From Thermoanaerobaculia bacterium (GTDB lineage: Bacteria > Acidobacteriota > Thermoanaerobaculia > Multivoradales > Multivoraceae), in contig OY762911.1 of assembly GCA_963666565.1 (NCBI GenBank), positions 1,024,001-1,088,000 on the forward strand: a stretch of 64,000 nucleotides of DNA, written 5' to 3'. Below are positions 1-10,055 of this stretch, one piece after another; within the stretch, counting starts at the first letter, position 1, and the number at the start of each line of letters is the position of its first letter. The notes below the pieces were generated by a model. The model made no database searches. It was not told the origin of the DNA and saw only the letters and a list, made by a program, of their open reading frames with translations. A program made the translations under genes and the position numbers.

Positions 1-573
1 TCGATCGTCGGCGTGCTGGTGGGCGCGGTCCAGGGCTACCTGGGAGGCAAGGTGGACCTCTTCGGCCAGCGCCTGATCGAGATCTGGGCCGGGCTGCCGA
101 TCCTCTTCGTGCTGATCATCCTCTCCAGCATCGTCGAGTCGAACGTCTTCTGGCTGCTCGGCATCCTGGTCGCGTTCAGTTGGATGGCGCTCGTGGGCGT
201 GGTGCGGGCCGAGGTGCTGCGCGCGCGCAACTTCCAGTATGTGACGGCCGCGCGGGCCCTGGGAGCGGGGGACCGGCGGATCGTCCGACGGCATGTCCTG
301 CCCAACGCGATGGTCGCGACCTTCACCTTCCTGCCCTTCATCCTCACCGGCTCGATCACCCTGCTCACGTCGCTCGACTTCCTCGGCTTCGGCCTGCCCG
401 CCGACGCGCCCTCGCTCGGCCGGCTGCTCGCCCAGGGCCGCGCCAACCTGCACGCCCCTTGGCTGGGTGTCATGTCCTTCTTTACGCTGGCGACGCTCTT
501 GACGCTCGTCATCTTCATCGGCGAAGCGCTGCGCGACGCCTTCGATCCACGCCGCACTGGGATGCAGTCGTGA
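1..573 (+). CDS. yejE: Peptide ABC transporter permease, YejE/OppC type (5' truncated by window)
   Basis: Hydrophobic segments and an EAA-like loop (YVTAARALGAGDRRIVRRHVLPN); ends GEALRDAFDPR; precedes a double-domain ABC ATPase. Confidence 0.85.
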   Translation, partial: SIVGVLVGAVQGYLGGKVDLFGQRLIEIWAGLPILFVLIILSSIVESNVFWLLGILVAFSWMALVGVVRAEVLRARNFQYVTAARALGAGDRRIVRRHVLPNAMVATFTFLPFILTGSITLLTSLDFLGFGLPADAPSLGRLLAQGRANLHAPWLGVMSFFTLATLLTLVIFIGEALRDAFDPRRTGMQS

Positions 574-604
574 AGGAGCTCGGCTTCGCCTCGCGCGTGT
601 TCCT

Positions 605-692
605 CAGAAAGCCGGCGGGGACGCCGGCGCACCCAGTCTGCAACTCCGTCGACGACACACACTGGGTGCGCCGGCGTCCCCGCCGGCTTCTG
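605..692. repeat. REP-like inverted pair, variant B arms (CTGGGTGC-GCCGGCG-TCCC-CGCCGGC)
   Basis: 611..636 is the reverse complement of 662..687; the inverted repeat extends to cagaa/ttctg; intergenic. Confidence 0.85.
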
Positions 693-727
693 AAAGGCGC
701 GCCGCGAAGCGGCGACCATTTGGCTCC

Positions 728-2312
728 GTGACGCCCTTCCTCGAGATCGCCGACCTCGCCGTCGCCTTCGACGGCGTCCAGGTCGTCCACGGGCTCGACC
801 TGCGCCTCCACCGGGGCGAGTCGGTCGCCCTGGTCGGCGAGTCCGGCTCGGGCAAGTCGGTCACAGCGCTGTCGGTCCTTCAACTGCTTTCGTATCCCCG
901 CGCCTCGCATCCGACCGGTTCGATCCTCGTGGACGGCGAAGAAGTCATGGGCGCCGGCGAGCAGGAGATGCGCGCCATCCGCGGCAGCCGGATCTCGATG
1001 GTCTTCCAGGAGCCGATGACCTCGCTCAATCCGCTCCACACGATCCAGAAGCAGGTCGAGGAGGTGCTCGCCCTGCACGCGAATCGCCCTGCACGCCGGA
1101 CTGCGCGGCGCCGCCGCCCGCGAGCGGACAGTCGAGCTGCTCGAACTCGTCGGCCTGCAAGAGGCGCGCGAACGGCTGAAGTCCTATCCGCATCAGCTCT
1201 CCGGCGGCCAGCGCCAGCGCGTGATGATCGCGATGGCGATCGCCAACGAGCCCGACCTGCTGATCGCCGACGAGCCGACGACCGCGCTCGACGTCACCGT
1301 CCAGGCCCAGATCCTCGCGCTGATCAAGGAGCTGCAGGAGCGGCTCGGGATGGCGCTGCTGCTGATCACCCACGATCTCGGGATCGTCCGCGCGATGGCC
1401 GACCGCGTCTACGTGATGGAGCAGGGGCACGTCGTCGAGGAGGGCGAGACGTCCGAGGTCTTCGTGCGGCCGGCGCATCCCTATACGCGCAAGCTGATCG
1501 ACGCCGAGCCGCGGGGTGCCTGCCCGATCCCGGAAGACGAAGCGCCGCCGCTGGTCGAGACGAAGGACGTGACCGTGGAGTTCCCGCTGCGAGGCTGGCC
1601 GCGGAAGCGCTCGCTCGTCGCCGTCGACGACGTCTCGCTCCGGGTCCGCCAGGGACACAGCCTCGGCGTCGTCGGCGAGTCGGGCAGCGGCAAGACGACC
1701 CTCGCCATGGCGATCGTACGCCTGCTCCAGAGCCGCGGCGAGATCGTCTTCGATGGCCGGTCGATCGACGGTCTGGGCTTCAGGCAGCTCAAGCCGCTGC
1801 GCAGGTCGATGCAGATCGTCTTCCAGGACCCGTACGGCAGCCTGTCGCCGCGCCTGACCGTCGAGGAGATCGTCTCCGAGGGGCTGGTCATCCACGAGCC
1901 GGCCATGAGCGCGGGCGAACGCCGCGACCGGGTCGCCGAAGTCCTGACCGAAGTCGGCCTCGAACCGGAGATCGCGCGCCGCTACCCGCACGAGTTCTCC
2001 GGCGGCCAGCGCCAGCGCATCGCGGTCGCCCGCGCGATGATCCTCCGGCCCCGCTTCGTCGTCCTCGACGAACCGACGTCCTCGCTCGACATGACGGTCC
2101 AGGCGCAGATCGTGGAGCTGTTGCTCGATCTCCAGCAGCGCCACGGCCTGACCTACCTCTTCATCAGCCACGACCTGAAGGTCGTGCGCGCCCTCTGCGA
2201 CGAGATCGCGGTGATGAAGGACGGCCGTATCGTCGAGCAGGGTCCGGCCGGCCAACTCTTCGATGCGCCGCGCGAGTCCTACACGCGTGCCCTCATGAAC
2301 GCAGCGCTTTGA
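728..2312 (+). pseudogene. yejF: Double-domain peptide ABC ATPase (YejF type) frameshifted by a 16-bp insertion near 1081
   Basis: Two Walker A motifs (GESGSGKS, GESGSGKT) and [16 protein letters not shown] split over two frames; removing 16 bp of the tcgccctgcacgc duplication restores a 522-aa ORF. Confidence 0.85.
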
Positions 2313-3676
2313 TGGAGCCACCCAGGATGAAAGCCGCACCCTCGATCCTGATCGCCGCCGTCACCGTCGTCGGCGCAGGCGCCACCACGTTCGGGCAATC
2401 CGCCGCGCCGCCCTCGCCCGACCCCGCGCGCCAGTGGAACCAGTTCCGGGGTCCCACCGGCGACGGCCGCACCCCCGCGATCGACGTGCCGATCGTCTTC
2501 GGTGAAGGCCAACTCGTGCGCTGGAAGACGCCCATCCACGACGAGGGCTGGTCCTCTCCCGTGGTTTGGGGCGAGCAGGTCTGGGTGACGACCGCTCGCG
2601 AGGACGGCACCGAGTTGTTCGCGGTCGCGGTCGACCTGGAGAGCGGAGAGATCGTGCACGACATCAAGGTCTTCGACGTCGCCAACCCCCAGGTCGCCTG
2701 GGACGGCCACAACACCCACGCGACGCCGACGCCGGTGATCGAGGAAGGCCGCATCTACGTCCACTTCGGCAGCTACGGCACGGCCGTGCTCGACACGCGG
2801 ACCGGCGAGAAGTTGTGGGAGAGGCGGGATTTGAACACCGACCACCGGGTGCGGCCGGCCTCGTCGCCCGTGCTCTCGGGCGACTCGCTGTTCCTCGCCT
2901 ACGACGGTGTGGACCGGCAGTTCGCCGCGGCACTCGACACGCGCACCGGCGAGACCCTCTGGCTCCGGAACCGCGAGGTCGCGACCGATTTCGGGGAGAA
3001 GCTCCGCGCGAAGGGGATCACGGATATCGAGAGCGTGCTGGCCGCGAAGCCGAACGACAACCGCAAGGCGTACGCCACCTCGACGCTGATCGAACACGAA
3101 GGCCAGCGGCAGCTCATCAGCCCGGCCTCGGAGGTCACGTTCGCCTACGACCCCGAAACCGGCGACGAACTGTGGCGCGTGGTCCACGAGGGCTGGGGTT
3201 GGAACCTGGCCTGTCGGCCGGTGTACGCGCATGGCCTCGTCTACTTCACCCAGGGGGTCTCCCGTTTGCTCGTGGCGGTGGACCCCGGCGGTTCCGGCGA
3301 TGTCACCGACACGCACGTCGCCTGGAGCGAGTCGCGCGGCACTCCGGAGATCCCCTCGCCGATCATTGTGGACGACCTGCTCTACATGGTCTCCGACACG
3401 GGCGGCGTGGTGGCGGCTCTTGACGCGACGACGGGGGAGCGTGTGTGGCGGGCACGCCTCCCCTCCGGAGGCGACCACTGGGCCTCGCCCGTGGCCGCCG
3501 AGGGCCGGATCTACCTCACGAGCCGCGACGGCACGGTGTCGGTGATCTCGGCGTCGCGGGAGTTCGGGGTTCTGGCGGAGAACGAGTTCGACGAGAGTCT
3601 CACCGCGTCGCCCGCCGTTGTCGATGGCGCGATCATCCTGCGCTCCGAAGGACATCTGTACCGGATCTCCGGCTAG
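2312..3676 (+). CDS. Secreted PQQ-binding-like (BamB-type) beta-propeller protein
   Basis: Signal peptide, WNQFRGP motif, repeated D..TGE..W and SSPVV blades; ATG overlaps the upstream TGA. Confidence 0.85.
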   Translation: MEPPRMKAAPSILIAAVTVVGAGATTFGQSAAPPSPDPARQWNQFRGPTGDGRTPAIDVPIVFGEGQLVRWKTPIHDEGWSSPVVWGEQVWVTTAREDGTELFAVAVDLESGEIVHDIKVFDVANPQVAWDGHNTHATPTPVIEEGRIYVHFGSYGTAVLDTRTGEKLWERRDLNTDHRVRPASSPVLSGDSLFLAYDGVDRQFAAALDTRTGETLWLRNREVATDFGEKLRAKGITDIESVLAAKPNDNRKAYATSTLIEHEGQRQLISPASEVTFAYDPETGDELWRVVHEGWGWNLACRPVYAHGLVYFTQGVSRLLVAVDPGGSGDVTDTHVAWSESRGTPEIPSPIIVDDLLYMVSDTGGVVAALDATTGERVWRARLPSGGDHWASPVAAEGRIYLTSRDGTVSVISASREFGVLAENEFDESLTASPAVVDGAIILRSEGHLYRISG

Positions 3677-3804
3677 CGGGAAGGTGCGAGCCCGGCGAAC
3701 CGTGTCGGGTGGCCACGGCTCCCTGTAATCGGCCTGTATTCATGACCTGGACGACGATCTCCTCGGCGCACGGGCCGGCCGAGAGGATCCGGCAGCGTCA
3801 GGGC

Positions 3805-5127
3805 TTAGGCGCCGCGGTCGCGATCCCAGGCGAGGCGGCCGGCGACGAAGGCGGCGCGCACCGCCCGGTCGTCGCCGAGGAGGGCGAGCGCGTAGAGCGT
3901 GTCCTCGACGTTCCCGGACAGGGCGAGGCGATCCCGCATCACCGGCGTCGCGGCGGGATCGAGCACCACGATGTCCGCCCAGCGGCCGGGTTCGAGGCAG
4001 CCGATCTCCTCGTCGAGGCCGAGCAGCCTGGCGTTGCCCCGGGTGACGGAGTGGAAGAGGTCGTGGGCGCCGAGATGGACGCCCCGGAGCAGCGCGGCCT
4101 GGTAGGCGCCGGCGAGCGTGTGGAGCATCGAGTAGCCGGTGCCGGCGCCGACGTCGCTTCCCACCGCGATGCCGACCGGACGCTCCGGCCGCTCGAGCAT
4201 GCTCCGGTCAAAGACGCCCGAGCCCAGGAAGGAGTTCGCGGTCGGGCAGTGAACCACCGTCGATCCGGTGTCGTGGAGCCGCTGGCATTCCCGTTCGGAC
4301 AGATGGACCCCGTGCGCGAGGACGGTGCGGGGCCCCAGCAGCCCCGCCCGGTCGTACACGTCCGTGTAGTCGAGCGCCCGCGGGAAGAGCTCGCGCACGC
4401 GGGCGATCTCGGCCCGGCTCTCGCCGAGATGCGTCTGCACCAGGAGGTCGGGGCGAGCGGCCGCGAGTTCGCCCGCGAGGCGGAGCTGCCGGTCGCTGGA
4501 GGTGATGGCGAAGCGAACCGTGATCGCGTAGCGCAACCGGCCCCGAAGATGCCAGCGGGCGGCGAGCGCCTCGCTGGCGGCGACGCCGGTTTCGGGGTCG
4601 TCGCGGAGGCCTGCGGGCGCGTTGCGGTCCATCATCGTCTTGCCGGTCGCGATGGCCATGCCCCGCGCTTCGGCGGCGGCGAACAGGGCCTCGGCGGCCT
4701 GCTCGTGGACCGAGGAGAAGACGACCGCGGCGGTGGTTCCGTGCTGGACGAGCCGCTCAAGGAATACGTCGGCCGCGGCCTCGGCGCGGGCCGGGTCGCC
4801 GTAACGGAGTTCCTCGGGCCAGGTGAAGCGGTCGAGCCAGTCCAGCAGGTCCCGGCCGGGCGCGGCCAGCATCCGGTACTGGGGGAAGTGGATGTGGGCG
4901 TCGATGAAGCCCGGGAGAACGAGCGCGTCGCCGTAGTCGGTCCGGGGGAGCCGCCGGTAGCGCGCTGGCAACTCCGCAGCGTCGCCGCAAAACGCGATGC
5001 GGCCCTCCCCGTCGACCGCGACGGCGCCCCGCGGGTGGAAGCGGACCGCCTCCTCCAGGCTCGCGGCCGCCGGGTCGGCGCGGTAGGTGAGGACCGTGCC
5101 GCGGATCGTCCGCCCGCTGCGCGTCAC
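3805..5127 (-). CDS. guaD: Guanine deaminase (amidohydrolase family)
   Basis: PGFIDAHIHFPQ, LLDWL, QTHLGE, HCPTAN, GSDVGAGT motifs. Confidence 0.9.
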   Translation of the reverse strand: MTRSGRTIRGTVLTYRADPAAASLEEAVRFHPRGAVAVDGEGRIAFCGDAAELPARYRRLPRTDYGDALVLPGFIDAHIHFPQYRMLAAPGRDLLDWLDRFTWPEELRYGDPARAEAAADVFLERLVQHGTTAAVVFSSVHEQAAEALFAAAEARGMAIATGKTMMDRNAPAGLRDDPETGVAASEALAARWHLRGRLRYAITVRFAITSSDRQLRLAGELAAARPDLLVQTHLGESRAEIARVRELFPRALDYTDVYDRAGLLGPRTVLAHGVHLSERECQRLHDTGSTVVHCPTANSFLGSGVFDRSMLERPERPVGIAVGSDVGAGTGYSMLHTLAGAYQAALLRGVHLGAHDLFHSVTRGNARLLGLDEEIGCLEPGRWADIVVLDPAATPVMRDRLALSGNVEDTLYALALLGDDRAVRAAFVAGRLAWDRDRGA

Positions 5128-5270
5128 CCCGGGATCAGGCGACGAGTCACGTCGAGGAACGCGTCCGTGTCCATCTCGGCCTCCAGGGCGGAGAGCTTCC
5201 GTCCCCGCTGGCGCATCGCCTCGCGCAGCAGCGATTCGGTATCGGCGTCAAGGGTGACAGTCGTTCGCAT
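5124..5270 (-). pseudogene. Internally deleted VapB-like antitoxin (48 aa)
   Basis: Matches both ends of 21327..21599 with a 126-bp in-frame deletion. Confidence 0.75.
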
Positions 5271-5277
5271 GGAAGGC

Positions 5278-5306
5278 ACCATGATGCTTCCAGTTGGTGC
5301 TGTCAA
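5278..5306 (-). promoter_or_regulatory. Putative leaderless sigma70 promoter TTGACA-17-CATGGT
   Basis: Perfect -35 and 17-nt spacer, 7 nt from the ATG; similar geometry at 21608..21636 and 29901..29929. Confidence 0.5.
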
Positions 5307-5331
5307 GCGTTCAACGCCGGCCGCCGCGCCG

Positions 5332-5501
5332 CTGGGTGCGCGGGTCTTCCGACCCGCTTGCCGCCGAAGGCGGCCTGAGAATCGTCGCCGGCCTTCGGCC
5401 GGCGGCCTTGTTCCCCGGGTTTCGCCGCTTCGCGGCTTCGCCCGGATGCGGGTCAGAAGACCCGCGCACCCAGTGGCGGGTCGGAAGACCCGCGCACCCG
5501 G
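5332..5501. repeat. REPIN-like element, variant A (142 bp, 5332..5473) plus an extra right arm (5476..5501)
   Basis: ctgggtgcgcgggtcttccgacccgc ... gcgggtcagaagacccgcgcacccag with internal GAA/TTC hairpins. Confidence 0.9.
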
Positions 5502-5704
5502 CGCCGCGGCGACATCGGCCTGTATCCATCCCGTTGGATCCCGGCGCTTCTTCCGTGGCTCGGTAAGGGGCTGTGCTAGCTTGCCAACAGCGTCTCAAGT
5601 CGGCTGTCCGCGAGACAGTTCCCCCACGAGCCGATCAGCACTCCGGTTCTCGTCGAGTGCCGGGTGCTTGAACCCATAACTTCTTCCCAGGGGGAGATCG
5701 CGCC

Positions 5705-8470
5705 ATGAGAAAGCGACTCGCGAACAGTTTGACGGCAGCCGGAATCGCGGCCTTGGCTGTCCTCGTCTGCGCCGGGGCCGCCTGGGCGCAGAACGGACCG
5801 TCCGTCCAGGGGACGATCACCGAGAAGGAATCCGGAGCCCTGCTCCCGGGCGCGGAAGTGTCCCTCAGAGACACTCCCTATCGCGCCCTGTCGGGCAGCG
5901 ACGGCCGCTACCGGCTCGACGGCGTGCCCGCGGGCGACTACACGCTCAACGTGAACTACGTCGGCTTCGAGGACTTCGAGGCCAGCGTCACGGTCGCGGC
6001 CGGGGAGACCGTCTCCCTAGTGATCGAGCTCGACGCCCGCTACGAGTTCGCCGACGAGATCGTCGTCCAGGCGGTCCGGTTCGGGCAGAGCAAGGCGCTG
6101 AACGAGCAGAAGCAGGCCATCAACATCAAGACCGTTCTCTCCGAAGAGCAGATCCAGAGCTTCCCGGACCTGAACACGGCGGAAGTCCTGCAGCGCGTCA
6201 GCGGCGTCGCCATTCAGCGCGACAACGGCGAAGGCCGCTTCGTCTCCATGCGCGGCACACCGTCGGCGATGACGAACATCACGATCAACGGTCAGCAGGT
6301 GGCGTACTCGAACAGTGCGAATCGCATGGTCGAGCTCGACGTCATCTCGGCCGCCCAGTTGACCGGCATCGAGGTGACCAAGGTTCTGACGCCGGACATG
6401 GACGCCGACTCGGTCGGCGGGGCGGTCAACCTGAAGACGCGGAGCGCGTTCGACCAGCCGGACGGCGTGACCAACTTCACGCTGGGCTTCGGCGACAACT
6501 CGATCGCCGACGGCACGCACTCGCGCTCGGCGTTCAACTACTCGACCGTGGGGGGCGCGAACGACAACCTCGGGTTCTCGATCGGCGTCAACTTCGCGCG
6601 CACGGCGGCCGAACGCCACAACAACGAGCACAAATGGGGGAGCGAGGACACCGTCGGCGGCGTCGAGATCCCCTACGCCCTGACCAACACGGAGGCGCAG
6701 TTCTCGGCCAACGACCGCGACCGCTTCGGCGCCAACGCGCGCCTCGAGGTGCGGATCAACGACAACCACAAGCTCGACTTCGCCGTGGTGCAGAACTACC
6801 GCGAAGACGACCAGGACCGCCAGATCACGCGGATTCGCTGGGACAAGGGCGACTACATCAGCCCGACGGAGGTCGAGGGCTTGCGGCTGGTGAAGTCGCT
6901 GCACGACCGGCTCGAGGAGCAGGAGATCACGGCCTACAGCGTGAGCGGGGAGCACCGTTTGGGGCTGTCCGTGCTCGACTTCAGCCTGTCGACGAGTTCC
7001 GCCTTCACCAAGAAGCCGGAAGGGCAGCTCAAGCCGGAGTTCCAGGCCCGCGGGTTCGACCTGAACGTGACCGACATCGGCAGCAAGGCGCCGGGTTGGG
7101 ATTCGACCAGGCAGGACATTCACGACAGCGGCGTCTTCGAGATCGACGCCGTGGACGAGAAGTTCGAGAACACGACCAGCACGATCGACACCGCCAAGGT
7201 GGACCTCACCCGGCCGATGCAGTGGGGCAGCGATACCGGCGAGTTCAAGCTGGGCGTGAAGGTCCGCGCGCTGCAGAAGGATCGCGCCGACCTCCGCTCG
7301 AAGTGGAAGTGGAAGGGCGACGACCTGTTCCTCGACCAGTTCGAGGCCGGGGGTACGAACATGACCGAGGGCGGCTACAACCTCGGCCAGCAGTACAACC
7401 GCTCGGGTTTCCGCTCCTTCTTCTATGGCAACCAGGGCCCGAACGGGTTCGTCGAGGAAGTGCGCAACGACGTCAATCTGGGCGAGCCGTACAACGCCGA
7501 GGAGGACATCAACAGCGTCTACGCGATGACCACCCAGGAGTACGGAAAGCTGACTATGCTGCTGGGCGTGCGGGCCGAGTTCAACGACCTCGACTACACG
7601 GCGGCCAACCTCGTGGTCAACGACGACGACGTGCTCAGGAACACGCAGGAAAGCGTGTCGCGGTCGTACGACTTCGTCTATCCCAACCTGCAGTTCCGCT
7701 ACGCCGTGTCGGACGAGACCCTCGTGCGAGCCGCGTTCACGCGCAGCATGGCACGGCCGAACTTCTGGGATTCGATGCCGTTCTCGTACACCCACACGGA
7801 CGACGAGGAGATCATCCGCGGCAATCCGTATCTCGATCCGGCGCTGGCCAACAACGTCGACTTCCTGGTCGAGCGGTTCTTCGACAACGTCGGCATCGTC
7901 TCCGGCGGCGTGTTCTTCAAGAGCGTCGACGACTTCAACTTCGTCACCGCGACGACGCAGCGCGGCGGCGAGTTCGACGGCTTCGACGTGGAGGAACCGG
8001 TCAATGGCGGCAGCGCGGACCTGATGGGCATCGAGGTCGCCTGGCAGCAGCACTGGGATTCGGGTTTCGGCATCTACGCGAACTACACGTACACCGACGT
8101 GATGAGCATCGACCTGGGCGAACAGACCGACCGGGACGACATCGACGTGCTGCCGGAACAAAGGGAGAACGTGGGCAACCTGGCGCTCATCTACGAGAAG
8201 AACCGGATCCTGACCCGGCTCGCCCTCAACATGAGCGACCGGTGGCTGAGCGAAGTGGGCGACGAGGCCGGCACGGACGAGTGGGCGGATTCGGCGATGT
8301 ACCTCGACTACTCGTTCACCTATCTCTTCGACAACGGTCTCGAGCTGTTCCTGCAGGCCAACAACCTGACGGAAGAGATCGTCTACCTCTACCGGGGCAT
8401 CGCGAGCCGGGCTTCCCAGCAGGACATCACGGGCCGGACCTTCAACGCAGGCATGCGCTGGTCGTTCTAG
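5705..8470 (+). CDS. TonB-dependent receptor
   Basis: Signal peptide, carboxypeptidase-regulatory-like N domain, plug (FPDLNTAEVLQRVSGV, GGAVNL), terminal Phe; GGAG RBS. Confidence 0.95.
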   Translation: MRKRLANSLTAAGIAALAVLVCAGAAWAQNGPSVQGTITEKESGALLPGAEVSLRDTPYRALSGSDGRYRLDGVPAGDYTLNVNYVGFEDFEASVTVAAGETVSLVIELDARYEFADEIVVQAVRFGQSKALNEQKQAINIKTVLSEEQIQSFPDLNTAEVLQRVSGVAIQRDNGEGRFVSMRGTPSAMTNITINGQQVAYSNSANRMVELDVISAAQLTGIEVTKVLTPDMDADSVGGAVNLKTRSAFDQPDGVTNFTLGFGDNSIADGTHSRSAFNYSTVGGANDNLGFSIGVNFARTAAERHNNEHKWGSEDTVGGVEIPYALTNTEAQFSANDRDRFGANARLEVRINDNHKLDFAVVQNYREDDQDRQITRIRWDKGDYISPTEVEGLRLVKSLHDRLEEQEITAYSVSGEHRLGLSVLDFSLSTSSAFTKKPEGQLKPEFQARGFDLNVTDIGSKAPGWDSTRQDIHDSGVFEIDAVDEKFENTTSTIDTAKVDLTRPMQWGSDTGEFKLGVKVRALQKDRADLRSKWKWKGDDLFLDQFEAGGTNMTEGGYNLGQQYNRSGFRSFFYGNQGPNGFVEEVRNDVNLGEPYNAEEDINSVYAMTTQEYGKLTMLLGVRAEFNDLDYTAANLVVNDDDVLRNTQESVSRSYDFVYPNLQFRYAVSDETLVRAAFTRSMARPNFWDSMPFSYTHTDDEEIIRGNPYLDPALANNVDFLVERFFDNVGIVSGGVFFKSVDDFNFVTATTQRGGEFDGFDVEEPVNGGSADLMGIEVAWQQHWDSGFGIYANYTYTDVMSIDLGEQTDRDDIDVLPEQRENVGNLALIYEKNRILTRLALNMSDRWLSEVGDEAGTDEWADSAMYLDYSFTYLFDNGLELFLQANNLTEEIVYLYRGIASRASQQDITGRTFNAGMRWSF

Positions 8471-8483
8471 GAGGGGCCAGGGA

Positions 8484-10043
8484 GTGGACACCCCCTCCCT
8501 CCACATCGTCGACTACCTGATCGTCGGGGCGAGCCTCGTCCTGTCGGTCGGGGTCGGCGTCCGCTTTGCGAAGGCCCAATCGACAACCTCGAAGTACTTC
8601 GCCGCCGGCCGCAACGTGCCGGTGTGGGCCATCGGCCTGTCGATCTTCGCGACGCTGATCAGCAGCCTCACCTTCCTGGCCTACCCGGGCGACGGCTTCG
8701 CCGGCGACTGGGTGCGCCTGGTGCAGGGCCTGATGGTGCCGATCGTCGTGCTGCTCGGCATCGGCTTCATCGTGCCGATGTACCGCAAGGTCATCGGCCT
8801 CAGCGCCTACGAGTACTTCGAGCGCCGCTTCGGCTACCTGGCCCGGCTCTACGCCTCGCTGGCCTTTGTGCTGGCGCAGTTCGCCGGCATGGGCTCGGTC
8901 TTCTTCCTGCTGGCGCTGGCGGTCTCCAGCATGACCGGCATCGGCGTCGTGACGGTGGTCGTCGTGCTCGGCCTGGTTGTCACCGTCCTGACGCTCCTCG
9001 GCGGGATGGAGGCCGTCATCTGGCTCGACGTGATCCAGGGGGTGCTGCTCATCCTGGGCGGCCTCGTCACCCTGCTCGTCATCGCGGTCAAGCTCGACGG
9101 CGGCCTGGGCCAGGTGTTCACCGTCGCGGCCGCCGAGAACAAGGTGAGCCTCGGCTCGTTCGACTGGAACCTGGCCGAGCTGACCTTCTGGGTGATGGCG
9201 ATCAACGGCATCTTCTACGCCGTCCAGAAGTACGGCACGGACCAGACGATGGTGCAGCGCTACCTGACCGCCCGGTCGGACCGGGAGGCGATCCGGGCGT
9301 CGATCGGCGGCGTGCTGATGGTGGTGCCGGTGTGGGTGCTGTTCATGTTCATCGGCACCGCGCTCTACGCCTTCTACCAGGGCCAGGCGTCGCTGCCGGA
9401 CGGCCTGCGGGCCGACGCCGTGTTCCCGCACTTCATCCTGAACGAGATGCCGGTCGGCGTCGTCGGGCTGATCATCGCGGCGCTGCTGGCGGCCGCGATC
9501 TCGTCGCTCGACTCGGACCTCAACTGCCTGGCGGCCGTCGCCGTCGACGACTACTACAAGAAGCTGCGGCCGCGGAGCACCGAGCTGCAGCGGGTGCGCG
9601 TGGGGAAGATCGTCGTCACGCTGTCGGGCATCGGCTCGATCGTCGTCGCGCTGATCTACGTCGCCGTCGGCGACGCGGGCGTGCTGGCGACCGTGTTCGC
9701 CCTCTACGCGATCTTCTCGGGCGGCATCGCCGGGATGTTCCTGCTCGGCATCTTCGTGCCGCGCGTCAACAAGGAGGGCCTCTACGTCGGCATCGGCGTC
9801 TGCGTGCTGTTCACCGCCGCCGCCCTGCTCACCTCGACCGAGTTCAGCCTCGGCGGCGAGCCGCGCATCTGGCTGGATTTGGGCCCGCTCAACTACACGC
9901 AGCACAACTACATGCTCGGCGTGTACAGCCACATCGTGCTGTTCGGTGTCGCCTGGGCGGCGAGTTGCTTCTTCCCCGCGCGGGACGTGGATCGGAACCT
10001 GACCTATGCTGGCTGGAAAGATCGGAAGCGAAGCGAGGCTTGA
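8484..10043 (+). CDS. Sodium:solute symporter
   Basis: YFAAGRNVP, SAYEYFERRFG, DQTMVQRYL, AAISSLDS motifs; polytopic. Confidence 0.93.
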   Translation: MDTPSLHIVDYLIVGASLVLSVGVGVRFAKAQSTTSKYFAAGRNVPVWAIGLSIFATLISSLTFLAYPGDGFAGDWVRLVQGLMVPIVVLLGIGFIVPMYRKVIGLSAYEYFERRFGYLARLYASLAFVLAQFAGMGSVFFLLALAVSSMTGIGVVTVVVVLGLVVTVLTLLGGMEAVIWLDVIQGVLLILGGLVTLLVIAVKLDGGLGQVFTVAAAENKVSLGSFDWNLAELTFWVMAINGIFYAVQKYGTDQTMVQRYLTARSDREAIRASIGGVLMVVPVWVLFMFIGTALYAFYQGQASLPDGLRADAVFPHFILNEMPVGVVGLIIAALLAAAISSLDSDLNCLAAVAVDDYYKKLRPRSTELQRVRVGKIVVTLSGIGSIVVALIYVAVGDAGVLATVFALYAIFSGGIAGMFLLGIFVPRVNKEGLYVGIGVCVLFTAAALLTSTEFSLGGEPRIWLDLGPLNYTQHNYMLGVYSHIVLFGVAWAASCFFPARDVDRNLTYAGWKDRKRSEA

Positions 10044-10055
10044 GGAGGTGACGAG

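Noticed and set aside
728-3676. 982-aa ABC ATPase / beta-propeller fusion ORF
   Set aside because: Artefact of the 16-bp frameshift; the middle is off-frame Arg-rich sequence
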